Part shown: one piece after another, positions 51,193 to 61,496 of the stretch
How the letters are laid out: each line of letters begins with the position of its first letter
Numbering within the stretch: position 1 is the stretch's first letter
IMG/VR virus record: IMGVR_UViG_3300034104_003304
Location: 11,860-75,859 of that record
Reading direction: 5' to 3' (one strand)
DNA length: 64,000 bases
Source: a virus
Position numbers and translations under genes: made by a program
The notes under the pieces: generated by a model
What the model was told of the DNA's origin: nothing
Databases searched by the model: none
What the model saw: only the letters and a program-made list of their open reading frames with translations

Positions 51193-52291
51193 TGACATAA
51201 AATTAGATTTTGACGACGTTCTTTTGCTCCCAAAAAGAAGTATGGCAGCATCTAGAAAAGACGTAAATATTGAAAGAACATTTAATTTTTTCCACTCGTC
51301 ACAACAATGGTATGGAACGCCAATTTGTGCTTCAAATATGGATTCTGTTGGCACGTTTATTATGGCTCAAGCATTGCAAAAGTTTAATGCCATAACATGT
51401 CTACACAAACACTATACAGTAGAAGAATATTGTGAAAATATTACAGATTTGAACACGTACTGGTATAGTATGGGCATCAAAGATTCAGACATAGAAAAAC
51501 TTTCTGTGTTAGTCGAAAGAATTCAAGATGTTCCTAATATTTGTATAGATGTTGCGAATGGCTATACTGATAACTTTGTGAATTTCTGTAGTAAAGTTAG
51601 AGAAACTTTTGGTAGTCGCCCCATTATAATGGCTGGAAATGTATGCACTCCAGAAATGGTACAAGAACTAATTCTTCACGGTGGCGTGGATATTGTTAAG
51701 ATTGGAATTGGTCCCGGTTCAGCCTGTACAACAAGATTAAAAACTGGTGTTGGATATCCCCAGCTTTCAGCTATAATAGAGTGTGGACATGCCGCTCACG
51801 GTTTAAAGAGCGAAGATAAACGCATGGGGTTGATTTGTGCAGACGGTGGTTGTAGGACTCCCGCAGACGTTGTAAAGGCTTTTGCAGCCAATGCAGACTT
51901 TGTGATGCTGGGAGGAATGTTTGCTGGTGCAGACGAATGTGAAGGCGAATGGGAATATGAATATCAATCTAAAGCTGCTGGATTAGTTGGACCATTTTGG
52001 CAACCATTTGATCCCGGTTATAATACAGAGAAAAGAAAAAAGAAACTAACATTCTATGGCATGAGTTCGCATAAGGCTCAAGAGAAATATGGTGGTATTA
52101 AGAACTATAGAGCTAGCGAAGGAAGAACACTATCGGTTCCATATAAAGGACATGTTTCTGATATTATGTTAGATATATTGGGTGGAATAAGAAGTGCCTG
52201 TGCTTATGTTGGTGCAGACTCTTTAAAAGACTTACCCAAGTGTGCTGAATTTATTCGTGTGAATAGGACTCACTTTGATAAGACACTCTAA
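51179..52291 (+). CDS. guaC: GMP reductase
   Basis: [49 protein letters not shown]. Confidence 0.95.
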   Translation: MKINNDIKLDFDDVLLLPKRSMAASRKDVNIERTFNFFHSSQQWYGTPICASNMDSVGTFIMAQALQKFNAITCLHKHYTVEEYCENITDLNTYWYSMGIKDSDIEKLSVLVERIQDVPNICIDVANGYTDNFVNFCSKVRETFGSRPIIMAGNVCTPEMVQELILHGGVDIVKIGIGPGSACTTRLKTGVGYPQLSAIIECGHAAHGLKSEDKRMGLICADGGCRTPADVVKAFAANADFVMLGGMFAGADECEGEWEYEYQSKAAGLVGPFWQPFDPGYNTEKRKKKLTFYGMSSHKAQEKYGGIKNYRASEGRTLSVPYKGHVSDIMLDILGGIRSACAYVGADSLKDLPKCAEFIRVNRTHFDKTL

Positions 52292-52426
52292 TGGCAGCAA
52301 TAGTTAGCATTATAATCTCAACCGCATTGTACATGGTAAACTCAATATCATGTTTTATACAGAAAGATTATTCTCACTCATTAATGTGGGCTGGATATTC
52401 ATTTGCAAATTTAGGATTATTATGGT

Positions 52427-52873
52427 ATGAATTTAACAAATTGGGATAAGAGATTTTTAGATTTAGCTGAATTGGTATCGTCTTGGTCAAAAGATCCATC
52501 AACAAAAGTTGGGGCGGTTATAGTTGATGATCAAAATATTATTGTTTCAGTTGGATTTAATGGTTTTCCAAAAGGTATAGAAGATAACGATAGATTAAAT
52601 CACCGAGATTCAAAATATCAAATTATAGTTCATGCTGAAAATAATGCTTTAATGTTTGCCAAGCGTCCTCTTGATGGGTGTACAATATATACTTATCCGT
52701 TTATGCCATGTCCAAGATGTGCTGGTATGATTATTCAATCTGGAATTAAAAGAGTAGTGTCATATAAGAACACAACAGATAGAATGAGATGGGAGCTTGA
52801 TTTCTCAATATCAAGAGAGTTATTTAATGAAGCTAACATACAACTGGAAGAGTGGGAAAATGGAAGAAAATAA
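52427..52873 (+). CDS. dCMP deaminase
   Basis: SKDPSTKVGA, GFNG, HAENNA, PCPRC. Confidence 0.92.
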   Translation: MNLTNWDKRFLDLAELVSSWSKDPSTKVGAVIVDDQNIIVSVGFNGFPKGIEDNDRLNHRDSKYQIIVHAENNALMFAKRPLDGCTIYTYPFMPCPRCAGMIIQSGIKRVVSYKNTTDRMRWELDFSISRELFNEANIQLEEWENGRK

Positions 52874-53313
52874 AAAGGATGTAGACGAGATGATGCAGTT
52901 AATAAAAGAGTGCATCAAAAACAACAATTTAGTTTTTATTGCCACGCTAGTTTGTAAACTTCAAAATGATTATCAAGATCTTGCTAAATTAAGCACAGAG
53001 GGTAACTATCAACCAAGCTGGACACACAAGCAAGTATTAGATTACCTAACATACGAACAAAAATTTTGATTGCACACGCAACAGCTAGGCAGTATAATAG
53101 TTCAAAGGAGACATTATGACGATTCAAGTTTTACAAGAAATGGCCGCTGCTCACCTAGAAAATGTTAAGAGAAAAATTAATGAACTTAGGGCACAGCAGC
53201 AAATTTTAGAAGAAGAAGTTAACAAGTTGATTCAATACTACGAATCTCACAGTAAAGAGTTGCAGAATAGTTTTCAAGTTCCAGTAGAATGATCTAGTAA
53301 TATATTAGGAGAA

Positions 53314-53637
53314 ATGATTATGAATTACAGTCAGTTTTTTGATCGATTGGAAAATGTTGCCAATGCTTATCATTGGGACGTTAGTGGTAATAAGGTTCTC
53401 GCCACTATTCAGAGTGGAACATTCAAGGGCTTTACTTTGAATCCAATCACAGCTTTAGCTCATAAGTCTGGCTATGGCTTTTTTGATAACACAAGAGAGG
53501 ATACAGAATTTGCAGCAAGGATTCTAGGACTCTCAAGAAATTTTGCTAGGAATATTTATAGTGCCACGCTAGGTACTTATAATCACGGCAATACTCAGGT
53601 AGTTCGTGGTAGAATTCGTTCAGCATTGGAGGTATGA
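53314..53637 (+). CDS. Hypothetical protein
   Basis: RBS AGGAG. Confidence 0.65.
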   Translation: MIMNYSQFFDRLENVANAYHWDVSGNKVLATIQSGTFKGFTLNPITALAHKSGYGFFDNTREDTEFAARILGLSRNFARNIYSATLGTYNHGNTQVVRGRIRSALEV

Positions 53638-53641
53638 AAGT

Positions 53642-53974
53642 ATGAATATTAATACATGGCTAGGTTGCGGTCGTTTAACAAAGGATGCAGAGCACAGTGT
53701 TACCCAGAAGGGTACAACTATGGCTAAGTTTAGAATGGCAGTCAATGACCGCAGGAATGATGAAACATTGTTCCTTAACGTTCTATGCTTTGGTAAGATG
53801 GCAGAAGCTCTAAAGGATCATCTCACAAAAGGCCGTTTAGTTGGAGTTCAAGGAAAGATTAAAATTGATGACTATCAGGACAAGGAAGGTAACACTAGGA
53901 ATTCAGTTTGCGTAATGGCAGATGAAATTTCTCTTGGACCAACCAATACTGTATCTCAAGAAATTAAAGAGTGA
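53642..53974 (+). CDS. ssb: Single-stranded DNA-binding protein (short, no long acidic tail)
   Basis: GRLTKD...FRMAVN...FGKMAE...KGRLVGVQG OB-fold pattern. Confidence 0.9.
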   Translation: MNINTWLGCGRLTKDAEHSVTQKGTTMAKFRMAVNDRRNDETLFLNVLCFGKMAEALKDHLTKGRLVGVQGKIKIDDYQDKEGNTRNSVCVMADEISLGPTNTVSQEIKE

Positions 53975-54004
53975 ATTCAGTTAACTAAATAGTGTTGTGG
54001 AAAA

Positions 54005-54044
54005 GTAGCCCGATTCGCAGAAATGCAGTCGGGCTATTTTTTTC
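54005..54044 (+). terminator. Rho-independent terminator
   Basis: TAGCCCGA...TCGGGCTA followed by a T8 run. Confidence 0.75.
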
Positions 54045-54120
54045 AAGTTTGCCCATTGACTTTGACGAAAGATGTTGTAGAATGATCTTTATTGTTGCCG
54101 AACTATACAGGAATACTAAT

Positions 54121-54465
54121 ATGAATCCCCAACCATCACCATCTGTAGGAATATTATTCTCTATAGTTGCATTGTTAATTATTGCTTATAACGCAATTAA
54201 AATGCACAATTCATTAAAATTATCCGGTGAAACTATTAATTATGACTTAGTTAATATTGGTTTCATGAAGAATGATCCGTGTTTAGTTCAGAATTTCATT
54301 GTACCCATATCGAATAATGCTTTATATCAAGATTGTGTAGACGCTCTTATTGGAATAGGATACAAGAAAAAACAAGCTCATAAAAAAGCACAGAGTGTAT
54401 TTGGTACAAATTCACCATCTAGCGTTGTGGAATTTATTCAAATAGCAATGAAGAACCAAAAATGA
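54121..54465 (+). CDS. TM protein with a RuvA C-terminal-like domain
   Basis: TM segment then DCVDALIGIGYKKKQA...IQIAM. Confidence 0.5.
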   Translation: MNPQPSPSVGILFSIVALLIIAYNAIKMHNSLKLSGETINYDLVNIGFMKNDPCLVQNFIVPISNNALYQDCVDALIGIGYKKKQAHKKAQSVFGTNSPSSVVEFIQIAMKNQK

Positions 54466-54869
54466 ATATAATAGATCAATCTTTTGAGATAGCAATTAGT
54501 CTCTTACCAAAAGCTAAAATGAACAGAAATACAAAAAATAAATTTTTCCACTTCGCATTTGGATATAAAAAAAATAAATTACTTGCTATAGGACAAAATA
54601 ATCCAGAAAAAACCCATACGCAAGCCTTACTACTATCCCAAAGATTTAATATAGATAATGATTATCCATATCTACATGCAGAAACCGATTTAATATCTAG
54701 ACTTTGGGGAAAGCATTATATAGACAGTACATTAAAGATGGTTATTATTAGACTTAATAAGCACGGTCAATTAAGATGCAGTAAACCCTGTGATAAGTGC
54801 GAACAAATAATAAATGCGTTGGATATTAAAAAGGTGTGGTGGAGTATAGATAATGGATTCAATAAATAA
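54462..54869 (+). CDS. Second Zn-dependent cytidine-deaminase-fold protein
   Basis: HAE...SKPCDKC. Confidence 0.75.
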   Translation: MNIIDQSFEIAISLLPKAKMNRNTKNKFFHFAFGYKKNKLLAIGQNNPEKTHTQALLLSQRFNIDNDYPYLHAETDLISRLWGKHYIDSTLKMVIIRLNKHGQLRCSKPCDKCEQIINALDIKKVWWSIDNGFNK

Positions 54870-55398
54870 ACTTAAAAATACAAAAACATATCTCGTTGGT
54901 GCTATGGATAGAGTGCCTGACGGTGGAGTAACTTGGAGAAATAAAATCTCACCAACTCTTAAGTCTTTAGGCGTAAAAATTCTAGATCCTTGCACAAAAC
55001 CGGTAGAAAATTCTTTAGAGGATGACTATACTCGTCAGTGGATTGAGTATTATAAAGAGACAGGCCAGTATGACAAAATCAAAAAGAATTACTCTATTAT
55101 TAGATGTGCTGATTTAAGATGCGTTGATGTATCTGATTTCATTATTGCTCACATTGATTTAAATGTACATGCCTGTGGCACCTATGAAGAAATTGTAACT
55201 GCTAATAGACAAAAGAAACCCGTACTAGTATGGTGCGAACAAGGAAAACAAAAAGCCCCAAACTGGTTATTTTTTATGCTACCTCATCAGCATATTTTTG
55301 GAGATTGTGCATCATTAATAAATTACTTAAACCATGTCGATTCGATATCAAATATCAATGATTTTGGACGATGGATCTTTTTCTCTAATCAAGAATGA
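54853..55398 (+). CDS. Nucleoside 2-deoxyribosyltransferase-like protein
   Basis: YLVGAM...WR...DP...DLRCVDVSD...GTYEE...KPV. Confidence 0.75.
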   Translation: MDSINKLKNTKTYLVGAMDRVPDGGVTWRNKISPTLKSLGVKILDPCTKPVENSLEDDYTRQWIEYYKETGQYDKIKKNYSIIRCADLRCVDVSDFIIAHIDLNVHACGTYEEIVTANRQKKPVLVWCEQGKQKAPNWLFFMLPHQHIFGDCASLINYLNHVDSISNINDFGRWIFFSNQE

Positions 55399-55401
55399 CA
55401 T

Positions 55402-56313
55402 ATGAATACAAATTTTCCAGAAGATTTATTTAAAGCGCTAAATATACCGCTATATCATTATAAGGTAAAAGAAGGTGGAAAAATCTGCAAAGAAAATTCT
55501 ATACTTTTTTGTGGAATATGTAGAAATGTTGGAGATATTTTAGATCTAAATATAAGTAGATTACATAGAACTGGAACCCTTTTTAAGAATTACAAGATAT
55601 TTATATATGAAAATGACTCATCTGATGATACGCTAAATGTTCTACAGAAAAATAGATGTGATTCTGTGGTATATCTATCAGAACACAGGGAAGACAAAGA
55701 TTATATTGAAAAAATAAAATCTGGAGAAGACATCTACCATTATAATAGATGTAAAGTTTTATCAGAATGTAGAAATAAATATCTATCGTATATCGAAAAC
55801 ACAGAAGAAGATTTTGATTATATATGCGTTTTAGATTTAGATTTAAAGGGTGGATGGTCATACGATGGAATAAAACACGCTATCTTAACAATAGAAAATG
55901 ATAAATGTAATGGTGCCGTTACGTGTTATGGTGTTTTAGCTGATAAATATGGCAAACTTAATCTAGAAGATGCTGAAGTTAAAAAATATGTCATGTACGA
56001 TTCTTTTGCTTTTAGGCCAAAAAACTGGAATAAAGGACTTCATATTTTGTCAACGCCAACATTCAACGAAATTGTTTTAAACCGTGGAGATGAACCTTTT
56101 GAAGTTCAATCTAATTTTGGAGGAATGGCGATTTATAAAAAAGCTGCTCTATTAAATAAAAAATATGGAGCAAAGGAATGGAGTTTTGGATATGTAGATC
56201 CAGACCACGTTGTGCTTCATAATCAAATGATACAAGATGGATGGAAAATTATGTTAGATCCTAGTATGATATCATCATACTCACACCACAAATATTCAAT
56301 AGGTGAACAATGA
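55402..56313 (+). CDS. GT-A glycosyltransferase
   Basis: IYENDSSD, CRNKY, LDLD, V.SNFGGMAIY, DHV. Confidence 0.75.
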   Translation: MNTNFPEDLFKALNIPLYHYKVKEGGKICKENSILFCGICRNVGDILDLNISRLHRTGTLFKNYKIFIYENDSSDDTLNVLQKNRCDSVVYLSEHREDKDYIEKIKSGEDIYHYNRCKVLSECRNKYLSYIENTEEDFDYICVLDLDLKGGWSYDGIKHAILTIENDKCNGAVTCYGVLADKYGKLNLEDAEVKKYVMYDSFAFRPKNWNKGLHILSTPTFNEIVLNRGDEPFEVQSNFGGMAIYKKAALLNKKYGAKEWSFGYVDPDHVVLHNQMIQDGWKIMLDPSMISSYSHHKYSIGEQ

Positions 56314-57380
56314 TCAATGTTGTAAGTCCAATAAATCAATTAGGGTATGGAATAACAGGCTTAAATCTTGTTAAATCATTGGCGAAAAAGATTCCTGTTT
56401 GTTTATGGGTTATTGGTCAACCCCAAGTAACAAGTCAAGACGATGCCGATCTTATATCAACATGCTTACAAAATAGAAACTATTTAGATTTTGACGCTCC
56501 ATGTATTAAGATATGGCATCAAAATGATATGACTCAATTTGCAGGAAGGGGAAAAAGAATAGGTTTTCCCATCTTTGAGCTTGATGAATTTAATGATCTA
56601 GAAAAACACCATTTAAATTCATTAGATAGTATATTTGTATGCTCTCACTGGGCAAAGTCCGTCATACTTAATAATATCAATATTGGAATAGACAATGTTC
56701 ATGTTATACCATTGGGCGTTGATCAAAAAATATTCAAAATTGATGAAACCAAAAAACCAAATGATAAGACTATTTTCTTAAATTGTGGAAAATGGGAAGT
56801 CAGAAAAGGTCACGATATTCTATATAAAATCTTTAACATGGCGTTTGAAAAATCCGACAACGTAGAGCTTTGGATGCTTTGCGAAAATCCTTTTCTAAAG
56901 CCAAATGAACAACAAGAATGGATAGATTTATACCTAAATTCAAAATTGGGAGATAAAATTAAGATAATTCCACGCCAGCAAACCCAGCAAGAAGTGTATA
57001 ATATAATGAGAAATGCTGATTGTGGAGTATTTCCATCTAGAGCAGAGGGTTGGAATTTAGAACTATTAGAAATGATGGTCAGTGGCAAAAGTGTAATAAC
57101 AACAAATTATTCTGCCCACACAGAATTTTGCACAAGATCAAACGCTAGGCTTGTCGATATACAGGATGTAGAACTAGCCTACGATGGCAAGTGGTTTCAT
57201 GGAAAGTGCGGGAACTGGGCAAAAATTGACGATCAAGCTATAGAGCAATTTGTTAACCACCTCAGAGAAGTCCACACTTTAAAACAATCCAACTCCCTAG
57301 TATCAGATAGCTCTTCTCTTAAGAATATTGAATATTTTAATTGGGATAATTCAGCAGACTTGGTAATCAAACATGTTTAA
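56310..57380 (+). CDS. GT4 (GT-B) glycosyltransferase
   Basis: IPLGVD, RKGHD, FPSRAEGWNLELLE. Confidence 0.88.
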   Translation: MINVVSPINQLGYGITGLNLVKSLAKKIPVCLWVIGQPQVTSQDDADLISTCLQNRNYLDFDAPCIKIWHQNDMTQFAGRGKRIGFPIFELDEFNDLEKHHLNSLDSIFVCSHWAKSVILNNINIGIDNVHVIPLGVDQKIFKIDETKKPNDKTIFLNCGKWEVRKGHDILYKIFNMAFEKSDNVELWMLCENPFLKPNEQQEWIDLYLNSKLGDKIKIIPRQQTQQEVYNIMRNADCGVFPSRAEGWNLELLEMMVSGKSVITTNYSAHTEFCTRSNARLVDIQDVELAYDGKWFHGKCGNWAKIDDQAIEQFVNHLREVHTLKQSNSLVSDSSSLKNIEYFNWDNSADLVIKHV

Positions 57381-57741
57381 CTTCTTCAAGAAAAAACAAA
57401 TACAAACTGAAGAAATTATCGTTAATGATGATAAATTACCAATCGTATCTATAACATATAATATCAATCAAAAGCTTGAAACTAGTGTTGATATTTTAAT
57501 GGACGATTACGGTGCTGAATCTATAAATGCTATATGCAAACTCCTAGACACTCTCTCTAGTGATAGTTTTTATATAGAAACCGTTAATATGCTAAAGCAA
57601 GGGCTTATTAACGATGATCAACAAGAAGTATTGCTAACTATTTTAACCCACGTTGGTCAACAAGCTAGATACAAAATACTACAGTCCCATAAAGATAGCA
57701 CAAAGGACGAGCCTTGCATTAAACCTTCCGACATGCTATAA
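57373..57741 (+). CDS. Hypothetical protein
   Basis: Operon packing. Confidence 0.55.
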   Translation: MFNFFKKKQIQTEEIIVNDDKLPIVSITYNINQKLETSVDILMDDYGAESINAICKLLDTLSSDSFYIETVNMLKQGLINDDQQEVLLTILTHVGQQARYKILQSHKDSTKDEPCIKPSDML

Positions 57742-57760
57742 TGGCAAAAGGAGTTCCGGT

Positions 57761-58195
57761 ATGCAAAAGTATACTAAAAAAATTGGATGGCAAAAGTACG
57801 AAGATTTTCTAGAAAAGCAATTCTCATCACCGTTACTAAATACAATTATGCAAAACATTGCTATGCAAAATTTGATTTTAGAAGATGATGACCAAGATGG
57901 CGACATGGGCGATGAGGATGACGCTGAAATAAAAGATACTTCTCATTTGAATATGATGTTGCCAGTTACAAGGCAACTAATAGAAGACGTAACAATGTTA
58001 TCTAATTTTGATTGTTGGATAGCTCATACAAACTTTGATATAACTCCCAAAATAAAGGATAGATTGAATTCTATACCGGGAATAGAGTTACTCAAAATTT
58101 GCAGTAGATACAGATTCTTTATAGGAATAGGTCAGATGTTTGATTTCAAAGAAGTAAGAAATAAAATTGAAGAAAGCTTAATAAAAGGAGATTGA
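57761..58195 (+). CDS. Hypothetical protein
   Basis: WIAHTNFDIT...GIE.L...RYRF.IGIG motif. Confidence 0.6.
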   Translation: MQKYTKKIGWQKYEDFLEKQFSSPLLNTIMQNIAMQNLILEDDDQDGDMGDEDDAEIKDTSHLNMMLPVTRQLIEDVTMLSNFDCWIAHTNFDITPKIKDRLNSIPGIELLKICSRYRFFIGIGQMFDFKEVRNKIEESLIKGD

Positions 58196-58196
58196 T

Positions 58197-58667
58197 ATGA
58201 GTTGTATTGATGATAAAATTGAAGGCGCATTAAAAGATACAAATATAGTCAAAATAATGAACAGAGCTTCCAAGAGGTTTAAGGGTCAGTTAGATAATGA
58301 TACCATCTATACTTGCCAAATAAATGCTCTCTGGAAGGCTTTCTTGAACCATGATCCAAACAAAGCGGCTAAATTTACAACATATTTGTATAATGGTGTT
58401 TTTATAGAATGTATGAAAGAGATAAAGTTTAAGAATAAGTCTAAAAGATGCGGTGGCAAATTGCATGATAATATCTCTGATAATAAAGATCCATTTTTGA
58501 TGATCGATATAATGGACGAGCTTAACGAGGAAGAAAAGCAAATATTTGTCGATAAAGCAAGCAATATGACTATCTCAGAAATGGCTCAAAAGTATGGCAC
58601 TAACAGGGAAAGTACTAGAAGAAAAGTGCATAAAATTATCCGTAATATTAATAAAAAATTCGCGTAG
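58197..58667 (+). CDS. Sigma-70 family (regions 2+4) factor
   Basis: ALWKAF..HD....KFTTYLY (region 2), TISEMAQKYG..RESTRR (HTH). Confidence 0.75.
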   Translation: MSCIDDKIEGALKDTNIVKIMNRASKRFKGQLDNDTIYTCQINALWKAFLNHDPNKAAKFTTYLYNGVFIECMKEIKFKNKSKRCGGKLHDNISDNKDPFLMIDIMDELNEEEKQIFVDKASNMTISEMAQKYGTNRESTRRKVHKIIRNINKKFA

Positions 58668-58752
58668 TCGTGTATTAATATCTAGGAACAGGACTTTTGT
58701 AAGGACATGGATATGACAAATTTACTAACTTATTTACTTGGAGAAATATCCT

Positions 58753-59373
58753 ATGTCAACAACATCAGTCAAAATGGCTGCTACAAACAATAATGGCGGG
58801 ACAATTGCTCACGCCGGTAATGTTAGTGGTGCTACCAAAAATCTAGAATTAAATGCTATCAATGCCTCTGTTAATAACTATGGCTCAAAAGTATACGTAA
58901 ATACAGCTACAAGCAATGGTACTAGTGACCCTTTCGGTATCGCTGTTGCCAAGGCTGGCGGTGCTGGAATTGCCTACAATCCCGCTCCCGGCACAAACTA
59001 TATAATGGTAAACGCTGGTGACAACGCTGCTAAAATTAATAATGTAACATCAACAGTACTAACCATCCCCGGCGGTGCTACCAATGTAACAATGAATAAA
59101 CTTGTTACAACTCGTCAACTTGGTACATACGCCACTGCCGCTTTCGACATTCTCGCTGTACCAAACGGTGGTAAGATTGTTCCCGGTCGCACCAAGGGTA
59201 CTGGCGCTGGTACACTCGTTAATTACGTTAAGGCCGAAGACGGTTCAACTTCAGCAACAGACGCTGCTGCAACTGTTAGTCGTGCGGTTCCCGGCAATCT
59301 AACCTACTTCTTTGGTTATCTATCCGGTCCATCGACTGTTTCTTATAAAGCTAAGAACGCTTACGAGTCTTGA
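58753..59373 (+). CDS. Putative virion structural protein
   Basis: Ala/Gly/Thr-rich; GTGTAT motif upstream; hairpin downstream. Confidence 0.55.
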   Translation: MSTTSVKMAATNNNGGTIAHAGNVSGATKNLELNAINASVNNYGSKVYVNTATSNGTSDPFGIAVAKAGGAGIAYNPAPGTNYIMVNAGDNAAKINNVTSTVLTIPGGATNVTMNKLVTTRQLGTYATAAFDILAVPNGGKIVPGRTKGTGAGTLVNYVKAEDGSTSATDAAATVSRAVPGNLTYFFGYLSGPSTVSYKAKNAYES

Positions 59374-59450
59374 TATTTGTAATAGATTAAAGGTGCCTCA
59401 TAGCATTAAGTTGTGAGGCACCAATAATCGCCTTCGCTCTTGGAGAAATC

Positions 59451-60044
59451 ATGATAGATTTTAAAAATCCAGAGTATATTACTCTTATTTTAAGTTTACT
59501 TGGTGGCGTAGGCACCTTTTTGAGTTTGGTATGGGTAAAAGTTGTTGTCCCAGTTATTAAACTTATGAACGGTCAAGAGCTAGTAAGTAAAGCTATAAAT
59601 GATATTAAAAAGGAACTTACCACAAATGGTGGAAATAGCCTAAAAGATGCTGTAATTGATTTAAGAACTACTTGTCACAGAATGGAAACACGCCAAAAAA
59701 TTATCGAACAACGAACAAAAGCTGCTTTACATTATAGTTTAGTCTCCTTGTTTGAAACAGACAGTAAAGGTAGAATAACTTGGTCTAATGAAAACTTCTG
59801 TAAACTAACATCTAATAAGCTTCAACACGCCGAAGGATTTGATTGGGTTTTATACATTGACGAGGACGAAAGAGAAGAATTCCTAACAGAATTTAAATCT
59901 TGCCTAGATATGAATCGCAAATTTATGCGAATTAGCAAAAACTGTGATGGTAAACTTGTTCAAATGGTAGGATATCCCTACAAGATTAATGATCATGAAC
60001 ATGGTGGTTTTTTAGTCAGTGTCTCAGAACTCAAAGAGGTATAA
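59451..60044 (+). CDS. TM + PAS-domain protein
   Basis: FETDSKGRITWSNENF...GFDW...I..DERE PAS pattern. Confidence 0.7.
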   Translation: MIDFKNPEYITLILSLLGGVGTFLSLVWVKVVVPVIKLMNGQELVSKAINDIKKELTTNGGNSLKDAVIDLRTTCHRMETRQKIIEQRTKAALHYSLVSLFETDSKGRITWSNENFCKLTSNKLQHAEGFDWVLYIDEDEREEFLTEFKSCLDMNRKFMRISKNCDGKLVQMVGYPYKINDHEHGGFLVSVSELKEV

Positions 60045-60045
60045 T

Positions 60046-60258
60046 ATGTTAGACTCTAAAGCTTTCGAATTTAATAAAAATGATCTTGTGTCATTAGTCA
60101 AGAATGCTGTGTTAGTTGGTTTAGCCGCCGTTTTAACTTACGTTGGCCAAAACCTATCACACATTGATCTTGGCGCTGGTACAGCTTTAGTTGTTCCAGT
60201 AGTAACTATAGTAATAGACTCACTAGTAAAATGGGTCAAAGATAACGTAAAGTCATAA
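60046..60258 (+). CDS. Holin-like two-TM protein
   Basis: Two hydrophobic helices, charged tail. Confidence 0.5.
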   Translation: MLDSKAFEFNKNDLVSLVKNAVLVGLAAVLTYVGQNLSHIDLGAGTALVVPVVTIVIDSLVKWVKDNVKS

Positions 60259-60268
60259 GGAAAATAAG

Positions 60269-61186
60269 ATGTTTAAAACACCCAATGAGCTATTAAAAGC
60301 TTACAAAGATGGATTTAATGGCTCTTGGTGCGATCAAGAGGATGTGGCAAAACTTTTAGGGGAATTGCCACACCCTCTATTCGGCGCATCTGCCTATAAT
60401 TTATTTGGCACTGGCGAAGGCAAACTCGCCCTATTGTTCAAGTCAATTATGAAACATGATCCAGATTTTGGGCGGTCTGAAAGACAGGTCCAAGGGGATT
60501 GCGTGAGCCATGCCACGCGAAATAGCGTGGATATTACACGATGCTGCGAAATAATAGGTGGCGAAAAAGAAGAATTCGTCGCCAAAGGAGCAACAGAAGC
60601 TATTTATGGATCAAGAGGTTTTGGTGGAGAAGGAATGAGTTGTTCTGCTGCCGCAAGATTTGTTAATAAAACTGGCGGCATATTATTACGCAAAAAATAT
60701 GGCGAAATAGATCTATCAGAGTATAGTGCTATTGGTGGCAAGTGGGGAAGTCGCGGAGTTCCAGAAGAATTAGTAAAAGAAGCTCAAAAACATCAAGTAA
60801 AAACAATAAGTTTAGTTAATACTGTCGCCCAAGCTAGAGATGCTCTAGCCAATGGTTACTCAATTTCTGTGTGTAGTAATTCTGGATTTTCTTCTCGCAG
60901 AGATAAACATGGAATAGCTAAAAGAAGTGGAAATTGGGGCCACGCGATGGCATGGGTAGGAATGGACGATACACGCGAAATACACAATGAAACATTATTT
61001 TTGGTCCAAAACTCTTGGGGAATTTGGAATGGTGGTGATAAACGTCACGATCAACCAGATGGAAGTTTTTGGATTAGACAAAGCGATGCTGAAGAAATGT
61101 TAGCCGCTAATGGTTCTTGGGTATTTAGTGATGTAGACGGTTTTCCTGCACGTAAAATAACTTGGACAATCAACGAAGTATTTTAA
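60269..61186 (+). CDS. Papain-like (C1) cysteine peptidase
   Basis: QVQGDCVSHA, GHAM, QNSWG. Confidence 0.85.
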   Translation: MFKTPNELLKAYKDGFNGSWCDQEDVAKLLGELPHPLFGASAYNLFGTGEGKLALLFKSIMKHDPDFGRSERQVQGDCVSHATRNSVDITRCCEIIGGEKEEFVAKGATEAIYGSRGFGGEGMSCSAAARFVNKTGGILLRKKYGEIDLSEYSAIGGKWGSRGVPEELVKEAQKHQVKTISLVNTVAQARDALANGYSISVCSNSGFSSRRDKHGIAKRSGNWGHAMAWVGMDDTREIHNETLFLVQNSWGIWNGGDKRHDQPDGSFWIRQSDAEEMLAANGSWVFSDVDGFPARKITWTINEVF

Positions 61187-61207
61187 CAGTTAAATAAAGG
61201 GTTAAAT

Positions 61208-61492
61208 ATGTCAACAGATTATGCAAAAATACAACTTAGAAGAGCAACAGAAGCTGAGTTTATGGCAGCAAATACCATGCTGGCATCTGGTGAACCCTCA
61301 TTCGCTACCGATACTAAAGTAATTAAAGTTGGAGACAGTGTTACAGCTTGGCAGTACTTGCCAAATACTGTTATTAGTAACGTTAGTGGCATAACAAATG
61401 CTTCTGGAGTATATAATCTAGTAGCTATGAGTCAATCAGATTATGATGGACTAGGCTCATATGATCCCAAAACCATTTACTTTATAAGATAA
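61208..61492 (+). CDS. Fibre-anchor-like virion protein
   Basis: IQLRRAT...LASGE...TDT..IKVGD.VTAW..LP motif of phage hyaluronidase/MTD N-termini. Confidence 0.65.
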   Translation: MSTDYAKIQLRRATEAEFMAANTMLASGEPSFATDTKVIKVGDSVTAWQYLPNTVISNVSGITNASGVYNLVAMSQSDYDGLGSYDPKTIYFIR

Positions 61493-61496
61493 AACT

